Below are positions 58,401 through 64,000 of a stretch of DNA of 64,000 nucleotides, piece after piece. The notes beneath the pieces are model-generated. The model was not told the DNA's origin. It saw only the letters and a list, made by a program, of their open reading frames with translations, and did not search any database. The position numbers and the translations under genes were made by a program. The stretch comes from Hypanus sabinus (lineage: Eukaryota), in the NCBI RefSeq assembly GCF_030144855.1, contig NC_082723.1:36828001-36892000 (forward strand). The letters run 5' to 3'. Position 1 is the first letter of the stretch. The number at the start of each line of letters is the position of its first letter.

Positions 58401-61400
58401 AAAATTGCTCGGATTTCCTATTTATTTATCGCATGTACATGGAAACAACGAGTGAGATGCATAATTTGTGCTACAACCTAAGGGTATGCTGGTGGTGTGA
58501 GCGGCGCAACACATTCCAGTGCCAACATAGCGTGCTAGGCAGAACAATGCAGAACACAACAAGCCACGAAACAACAGAATGCCACGCCTTTCCACCCTCC
58601 CACCCACCCATGCGCACAAACGGGCCTCCAGTCTCTGACTTCTGATCGACCTTTGAGCTCAATCTTCAATATTGACCCCTGATGGAGACAGATTGGAAAA
58701 GAGAATGCTGTTTAAAACTGCAGGCATATTGGAATCTGAGGAAGTTTGTTTTAACAGTCTGTTTTGCCACGGTTTTAATAGACTTAATAAACTTTGGAAA
58801 GGTGGAAGATTTTCAGTAGTTGATATAATTAAAGGAAAATGTATAGAACATTAAATTGCTATTCAGAAAGTTTACCTTATAGAGCACTAGTATATTAAAA
58901 ACAAGGATGTAGTGTTAAGGATTAGAAGGCATTGGTCAGACTGCACTTGGAGTAGGCACAGTTTCGGGCCCCTTATCTAAGAAAGAATGTGCTGGCATTG
59001 GAGAGAATCCAGAGAATGTTCACTAGAATTATCCCGGAAATGAAAGAGTTAATGTGTGAGATTCATTTGATGGCGCTGAGCATGTACTTGCTGGAGTTTA
59101 GAAAATTGAGGGGAAGGGGATTCCTTGTAAATCTATTGAATATTGAAAACTTTGGAAAGAGTGGGCGTGGAGAGGCTGTTTCCTGTAGTGGAACCTTGCA
59201 AATATTCTCCTTTGAGGAGCCTGTCCTAACTGAACAATCAGTATTGCAAGCTTGCATCCTACAGTTAGTGAAGCAGTTGCATATGGCTCCAGAGAACTGT
59301 ATCACTAAGCTACCATCCTTTTAATTAGTAAAATAAATTGGCATTGCGGTTAAAAACTATTATTTGTTGCTTCTGGCCCAGCACTTCATGCTGAGAGAGC
59401 AATTTAAGAAATTCCAATTGGCCCACAATTTCACCATCCAATAATTTTACTCTGTACATGCATTAGGTCCATGAGTACCATTTCATAAATTTGGATGTTA
59501 ATCCAGCAGTACAGTATATAGAATCTTACAGCATCTGTTGTTTTTACGGTGGATTGATGGTGTCCCTCTGTGTCTGGAGATTTAATTACAGGATGAGCTG
59601 GTTCCATTGGGGAGTAATAGAAAATAATTACATTATGTATTAATATTGAGGTTTGCAGTGATATATTTTTGATGGTCTCTCTGATGTCTGTGTTTATTCC
59701 ATAGGTGCGTAGACAAATGCAGAAAAAACTGAGTGATCTGGAACCTATTCCTGAGTTGTTGAAGTTAACTGAACATAAACTGCAGGACTGCCAGCAGCAG
59801 CTGGTCATGTATGAGAAGAAAAATGTAGATCAGTCCTCCATTATATGTGATCTCAAGATGGAGGTAGTTTTGGAATTTCTTTCTGTGTAGCTTTTTATAT
59901 TAAATATGAAGGTTAAATAATTTTTTAAATGTCCATTAAAATGTATAAAGAGCAGTTTGTAACATTAGACTTACTTTGTGTTTACAGTACGTGAGAGTTT
60001 GCTATTTGTAAAATCGCATTTGGGTCTGCTCGCATAAAGTTTTTGTGTGAAATATGGGAATGAGATTTTTAAACAGAATAAGAAAAGTATGCATAAGCAC
60101 AAGAGATTCTGCAGATGCTGGAAATCCATAGTAACTCAAACAGAATGCTGGAGGAACTCAGTGGATCAGGCAGCGTCAATGGAGGAGAATAAACAGTCGA
60201 TGTTTCAGGTCTGAAGTGTCAACCATTTATTCCCCTCCATAGATGCTGCCTGACAAGAAAAGTGTACAGTTCATTATTCAGTACAAAAAAACAGGTAACT
60301 TTTCCCTTGCAATAGGAAAGTTTTGAGCACTTGTTATAGTGTCTGTTTATTCATGTACTTCCAATTTGACACTTGTTCTGTTGACTGCTGTGTTTACTAA
60401 ATCTACATAGCAGAGCCTTTAATGAGGCAGCCAGCACAAGCTGATGGTAGTTATACGTGTCATTTTGGGGCTTGGGGTAGCTTGCACTTTTTTTTTAATC
60501 TCCTTCCAACAAGAAACAATTGATTCATTTGCTGGGCTTAGCACACACTGGTTAGCAGGAGAATCATGTCTGTGCTAATTGATGTGCACGATGCAAAAAA
60601 ACAGTTTAAAAAAAAAACAAAATGTTGACAGAACTCACCAGGTAAAGCAGCACCTATGGAAACAAAAAGGCATAAAACAAAATTTCAGATATTGACCCTG
60701 CGTCAGTACTGAAAGGGAACAGGAAAGATTGCTCGCATGCAAAATGAAGAAGGATGGAACAGATTCTGATAGATGATGGATGGAGCCAAATGGAGAGGGG
60801 CTGATGGATAGATAGAACTAGATAGAGAGACAACATCTGTCAGTTTGCATTTAGCCTCTCCATAACAATGAAGAAAGAGGACGACAGATTGCTTGTTGTA
60901 GGAGAGGGAAGCAGAGTTAAAATGACACATAACTGGAAGTTCTACGTGATCACTGCTGACAGAGCACAGATGTTCTGCAGGGCAGTTGTCTACTCTGCTC
61001 TTTGTTTCCCCAACGTTGAGGAAGCCACATCGTGAGCACCAATTGCAGTATCTTACACCTTTACTACAGAGAAGCCAAACACACAATTGGAAGAACATCA
61101 TCTCATCCCACTTGGGTAGTTTGTAACTCAATTCCTCTTTCAGGTAACCCATAACTCAGATGTTCTCCACCCACACACACTCACAGCTACTTAGTTTTCC
61201 TCGTCCTTCTGTTCATCTGCCCCATCCCCTTCCTCCATATGGCTGCCATTCCCTCCCCGTCTGGTTCTATGGATCATTTACCAATATCTCTCCACCCCCT
61301 TTTGTACTGCTATATCCATGGTCCATAACCCTACATTCAATGCATATTAATGTGCCTTTCTAAGAGCTCTTTAAATGTCTCTGTTGCATCTACCTCCACC

Positions 61401-61839
61401 ACCACCACCCCTAGCAACACACTTAAGCACCCACCACTTTGTGGGGGAGGGGAAAACACGGACCTGCAAATCTCCTTTGAATTTCCCTGTTCCTTCACAG
61501 TCCTTATGCCCAAAACATCAGCTGATACCTTTTACCTCCACAGATGCTGCTTAACCCAATAAGTTCTTCCATTTGTATTTAGTTTATGTCCTGAGGTATG
61601 GTGGGGGAAATTGGTGGGAGGAAAAGCTTAAATACTTAAGAAAATTCATAATTAATAATACTCAAAGGAGGTCCAACTGGACAAGTTGATTCTTCATTAA
61701 ATGTAGTTCTTTTTAACTATAAATGGTTTGATTCTTTATTTTCTCAGATTGAGGAACTAGGTGGAAGGTCAAGAGAGAAGTGTCACAGTATGCAAGAAGA
61801 AAATCATAATTTAAAGCTGAAATTGGAAACTTTGGAAAG
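25090..61839 (+). CDS. ODF2: Outer dense fiber protein 2 / cenexin, 3'-partial (continues beyond the window)
   Basis: join(25090..25092 [putative ATG; alternative ATG at 31000],30988..31101,32961..33077,34753..34923,35916..36103,36680..36806,38879..39010,41805..41879,46483..46554,47468..47584,49506..49691,50132..50241,51051..51186,57736..57846,58238..58342,59705..59863,61748..61839), all GT-AG and phase-consistent. Cenexin motifs LHVHVDETTPVHVHVKK, KTKVPWIPPGK, LSDLSTDD, EMDGAAAAKQV, HLQGQLRSKEAENNRL, RAERSED and YKSQVMKTRLEADE. Confidence 0.95.
25740..26340 (-). mobile_element. Old Penelope-like element RT fragment
   Basis: Minus-strand remnants NIVIKP.., LLP....KQ.C..R..VSA.STE and YIHDTSDTLHHF resemble PLE RT motifs. 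A decayed terminal repeat lies at 25740-25830. Confidence 0.55.
26345..27508 (+). mobile_element. Penelope-like retroelement 3' half (GIY-YIG endonuclease remnant and terminal repeat)
   Basis: RDRVPLVLTYH and CGLLYIGETRRRLGDCFAKHL (GIY-YIG). Pyrimidine-rich 3' region, then TAGTC-CTGCCAA-AGGGTTTTGACGT-GAAAC-GTC-GACTG (27408-27445) and the ATGCTGCCTGGCCTGCTGAGTTCCTCCAGCATTTT terminus. Confidence 0.85.
27597..28800 (+). mobile_element. tRNA-derived SINE interrupted by a younger insertion (27645-28554)
   Basis: A-box GGCACAGTGGTGCAG at about 27603. The B-box-like GGTTGAATCC resumes at about 28560, and the 3' end CTGTTTCAGTACTTTATCT..ATGACT is near 28800. Confidence 0.6.
27645..28554 (-). mobile_element. 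Non-autonomous LINE-derived (Rex/L2-type) retroelement, about 910 bp
   Basis: Minus-strand 3' end AATAAA-CTGAATCTGAATCT. 5' end CAAGATGGCGGC (YY1-like). CpG-rich, with internal tandem duplications and no RT motifs. Confidence 0.6.
29472..30294 (-). mobile_element. Non-autonomous Tigger/pogo-like DNA transposon
   Basis: TIRs CAGTAGATTCCAGTT and AACTGGAATCCACTG, with a TA TSD on both sides. Minus-strand AIQNSFAHCGFKHS resembles the pogo C-terminal 'I.NCF..CGF'. Confidence 0.8.
33673..33808 (-). mobile_element. Penelope terminal repeat
   Basis: Same family. Minus strand reads CTGAAGA-AGGTTCTCGGTCC-GAAAC-TGT-GACTA. Confidence 0.75.
34060..34316 (+). mobile_element. V-SINE/HE1-like SINE
   Basis: A-box TAGCACAGCGG, B-box GGCTCAATTCC, V-domain-like core and (AAAT)n tail. 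Confidence 0.8.
39985..40686 (+). mobile_element. CR1 LINE 3' end
   Basis: 177-aa open remnant LYRVLVRLHLEYC...LEAVQRRFTRLIPG...RVVNLWNSLP with a (TTCTTATG)n tail. Confidence 0.9.
42000..42832 (+). mobile_element. Decayed Rex1/Babar-like LINE 3' end
   Basis: Remnants VDFRK, SFKLLG and RKAHQ.L.FLRRLKRA, with an ATCTTGAATCTT tail. Confidence 0.7.
43040..44630 (+). mobile_element. CR1 LINE (RT region to 3' end), decayed
   Basis: PEDWKIANVIPLFKKG..NYRPV.LT, KSCLTNLLEFFE, DVIYLDFQK.FDKVPH, TSGVPQGSV and LYKTLVR.HLEYC, with a TATGTCTTATGG tail. Confidence 0.9.
45394..46250 (-). mobile_element. CR1 LINE 3' fragment
   Basis: Minus-strand WQME..PDKCEVVHFGK, LYKTLVR and RMRGDLIEVYKMMRGID. Tail (AACATAG)n on the plus strand at 45394. 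Confidence 0.85.
46975..47400 (+). mobile_element. Rex1/Babar-like LINE AP-endonuclease fragment
   Basis: Remnants LVAVYIPP, IIAGDFN, YHQHITC and HLGKS. Confidence 0.65.
48224..49009 (-). mobile_element. Chapaev3-like (CMC superfamily) DNA transposon, internally deleted
   Basis: 3-bp TSD TTA (48221-48223 and 49010-49012), CACTG terminus and long imperfect TIRs. Minus-strand remnants IKESIFVGPQIK and NMSLKI.LLHSHLDFFPANLGAVSD..SERFHQ.I..MEK.YQGKW...ML.DYCW. Family assignment is from recall. Confidence 0.7.
52060..52892 (+). mobile_element. Non-autonomous LINE-derived element with a (CTTTGAAT)n tail
   Basis: GC-rich body and 3' AATAAATGTG-CTTTGAAT-CTTTGAAT. It hosts the PLE insertion at 52176-52259. 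Confidence 0.5.
52176..52259 (-). mobile_element. 84-bp Penelope terminal-repeat insertion
   Basis: Perfect 13-bp TSD CAGAGTTCATAAC at 52163-52175 and 52260-52272. Confidence 0.8.
53529..54016 (-). mobile_element. Non-autonomous Tc1-like DNA transposon
   Basis: TIR core TGGCCACTTTATTAGGTA / TACCTAATAAAGTGGCCA with TA flanks. Remnant MGKKCDLSNFDHGIIV..EIADLLGF.HT.VSKVYKEW (Tc1 HTH). Confidence 0.85.
54026..55240 (-). mobile_element. CR1 LINE fragment(s)
   Basis: LYKTLVRPHLE*..QFWSPNLRKDILAIEGVQRRLTRLIPGM.GLSY.ERL. Confidence 0.85.
55243..55719 (-). mobile_element. RTE-like non-coding repeat (inverted partner of 56700-57230)
   Basis: Reverse-complement similarity with 56780-57230. RTE assignment is tentative. 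Confidence 0.55.
55720..56580 (-). mobile_element. Rex1/Babar-like LINE 3' fragment
   Basis: NLALSVSKTKELIVDFRK, FKFLGV.ISEDLT, FY.CTVESILTGCITVWYG and LFSLLPSGRRYRSL. Tail TCAGAATCAGG. Confidence 0.9.
56700..57230 (+). mobile_element. RTE-like non-coding repeat
   Basis: Homologous, in inverted orientation, to 55243-55719. Confidence 0.55.
58870..59190 (+). mobile_element. CR1 LINE fragment
   Basis: LALERIQRMFTRIIPEMK..LEFRKLRG. Confidence 0.75.
60094..60254. mobile_element. Penelope-derived partial fold-back insertion
   Basis: Terminal repeat plus a short inverted arm. Flanks AAGAAAAGTATGCA (60080-60093) and AAGAAAAGTGTACA (60255-60268). Confidence 0.7.
60610..61570. mobile_element. Old Penelope-like element with an inverted internal structure
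   Basis: Minus-strand GIY-YIG remnant RCGFLNVGETKSR..AEHLCSV up to about 61060, then a plus-strand PLE 3' region and terminus at 61070-61570. Confidence 0.6.
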
Positions 61840-63041
61840 GTTAGTTGAGTGTCATTAATATTGGATTCTGATGCTTTTGAGATCCAAAGACTCTTCGGAA
61901 GTAAAGTTAAAACTTGTTGCCTACAATTGTTTTATTAATTGTTACAAAAGCAAAAAAGGCTAAGGGAAAAACATGATGAGAGACAGAGGGAAAGAAAAGA
62001 GCAGTGGAAGAGAGTCTAAGGGAAAAAGAGAGAGAACATCTGTGGTCTGGTCTTATATCAGACCACTGATTCCAATGAAATTCCAACGGATAACAGTTAA
62101 CCAATTAAACTGCCAGATTCAAGTAATGAGACACTCACCAGTGGAAAATACAGGGACAACTGTAACCACTGAACAATTACATGTATATAGGTGATTATAT
62201 AAAAGCACAATCAAGGATATGAATGTTAAACTGCAAGAAAAATATTGTACAGTCCCATCCAACATTAAGGAGATATTTTGAACTGATAATTCCTGCTGTA
62301 ATTAAAGAGGAGACTTAAGTCCAATTCTTTATTTCATTGCAGTGAAAATGGAATATAAGCAGAATTATTATATATTTTATAGGTTTGATGTCTGGGATGG
62401 AATTCATGCCCATTATTATATTATTCTTTATGCTAATAACTTGATCTGGGAAAAAAAATTACTGTTCCTTTGTTTTATTACAATGAAGCTTGTATGGACT
62501 GATATTGGATTTCTTTGTTCACCTTTAATGCTATCAGATTTTTGTTTGAAGCTGTTAAATTCATGATAAAGTCAATTTCTTAACTTTCTTGCAGATTCTA
62601 AGGTAGTCATTTGCATATCTGTAATTAAGCATGTCTTTAAAGAGATACCGTGAAAATCCAACCACTATTTTATTCCATCAAGTGTAGGTTAAGTTTCATT
62701 TCAATATTTAGATTAATATTCTGAGATTCAAAAGCTTTAATGCATTTGCTACTAAATTTTAAAATTAAATAATTTCACCGAATGAAGTTTTCACACACAT
62801 GAAAAATGTCATTATTGCAAAGGTTCAAAAGTGATCAACTCAGGAATACATAAACAGATAAGATTACATAAATTGCTTGGCTTGAGGGTGTTTTATGATG
62901 GCGAGATCAGCTTTCTGTTATCATGGTATGATTGAGTCCTTAGAAAATTTTTATAATGAGCAATCTGTTTTATTCTAAACTTCATTCATGTGTTGAGAAA
63001 GATGTCTCTGTACTCCAGTAACAGATCTTTTCTCTCGAGAG

Positions 63042-63900
63042 TGTTACAAACCCCGTAACTGGGTCACTTACCAGCAAAGATGGAGAGGTCCGTTGAAGTC
63101 TGATGATACTATTTTTAACAGTATTTATTTGTAAAAATACACAAAAATAATATCAATGCAAATATACAGATAATATATGTCATCAATACTAAATCTAAAA
63201 GTGTGGATATAATAATAATCAATAAGAAATACGCTCTATCATTGTCTAGGGGATAATGTATTGTCCGATGGAAATATAAAGTTCACTCAGTTCATGCAGG
63301 CTGCAGCCTTTGGGGACTGCTGGGTTTGCAAAGGTTGGAGAGTGAGAGAGAGTTTGGGGAGAAAAACTTGCTGGCTTTCCTTTTATGATTTCGATCCGTC
63401 GGAGTCTCATTGGTGTGGCCGTTCACTTGTGGCCTCTTCTTTAGCTAAGCAGTTCTTCCGTGATGAGCCCGCCACCCTGGCAAGGGAGGACGCACACAAG
63501 CCCTCACCGGCGTTCGCTGTAAAACGCTGTCTCGGGATTTCTAGCTTTTCTCCTGGTGCGTCTAAAGTGGTTGTTCCCCAGACCCTCTTTTATCCTTACT
63601 CACGGGGTCTCAGATGTCAATCAGGTTGGGATGATGGAATCCCTCAACCAGCCCACTCTGGTCGTCCCCTGAGGGGCTTCAATGAATAGTACAGTACTCA
63701 ATACACAGTTCCATCTCCAAGAGACAATAGCCGTTATCGATGGTTTTGTTTCGCTGAGGCCAGGACACATTCCAAACCTTGTGGATTCTCTCTCATTTCC
63801 TGGGTCCCAGACCCAAATTAATAGCGATCTTGCAATTCTCAAAAAGGAGGGGGCGACTTCGCACCCTTCGGCCCCCCAGAGTTGCGGCACATTCGTAACA
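63042..63900 (-). mobile_element. Solo LTR (Gypsy-type), 859 bp
   Basis: Termini TGTTACAAA...TTCGTAACA and a 4-bp TSD AGAG at 63038-63041 and 63901-63904. Orientation inferred from a minus-strand AATAAA near the left end. Confidence 0.8.
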
Positions 63901-64000
63901 AGAGTAACTCGCATAATACCAAACTTTTAAATATAATTTACATAAAATCCTCATTGGTTTGCCACAATAAAGAAAAATATGGCAGCTTTTTGTGTTTGCT

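Overview
Eukaryotic, AT-rich vertebrate genomic DNA. The repeat families (V-SINE/HE1-like SINEs, CR1, Rex1/Babar-like LINEs, Penelope-like elements) suggest a cartilaginous fish, probably a ray; this is inference. Three spliced protein-coding genes were reconstructed by hand with GT-AG junctions and consistent phases: BBLN/C9orf16 (minus strand, 2 coding exons, 76 aa, complete), PTGES2 (plus strand, 7 exons, 373 aa, complete) and ODF2/cenexin (plus strand, 17 exons, running off the 3' end of the window). Introns and intergenic DNA are full of decayed transposons: Tigger/pogo, Tc1, a Chapaev3-like element with a 3-bp TSD, a solo LTR, CR1, Rex1/Babar, RTE-like elements and SINEs. The most notable signal is a family of Penelope-derived terminal repeats. 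Their consensus spells a minimal type I hammerhead ribozyme (CAGUC-CUGAUGA-AGGGUCUCGGCCC-GAAAC-GUC/GACUG), and several copies occur as short, often fold-back, insertions with about 13-bp target-site duplications. No single copy here has a fully intact ribozyme. Repeat boundaries without a TSD or TIR are approximate.
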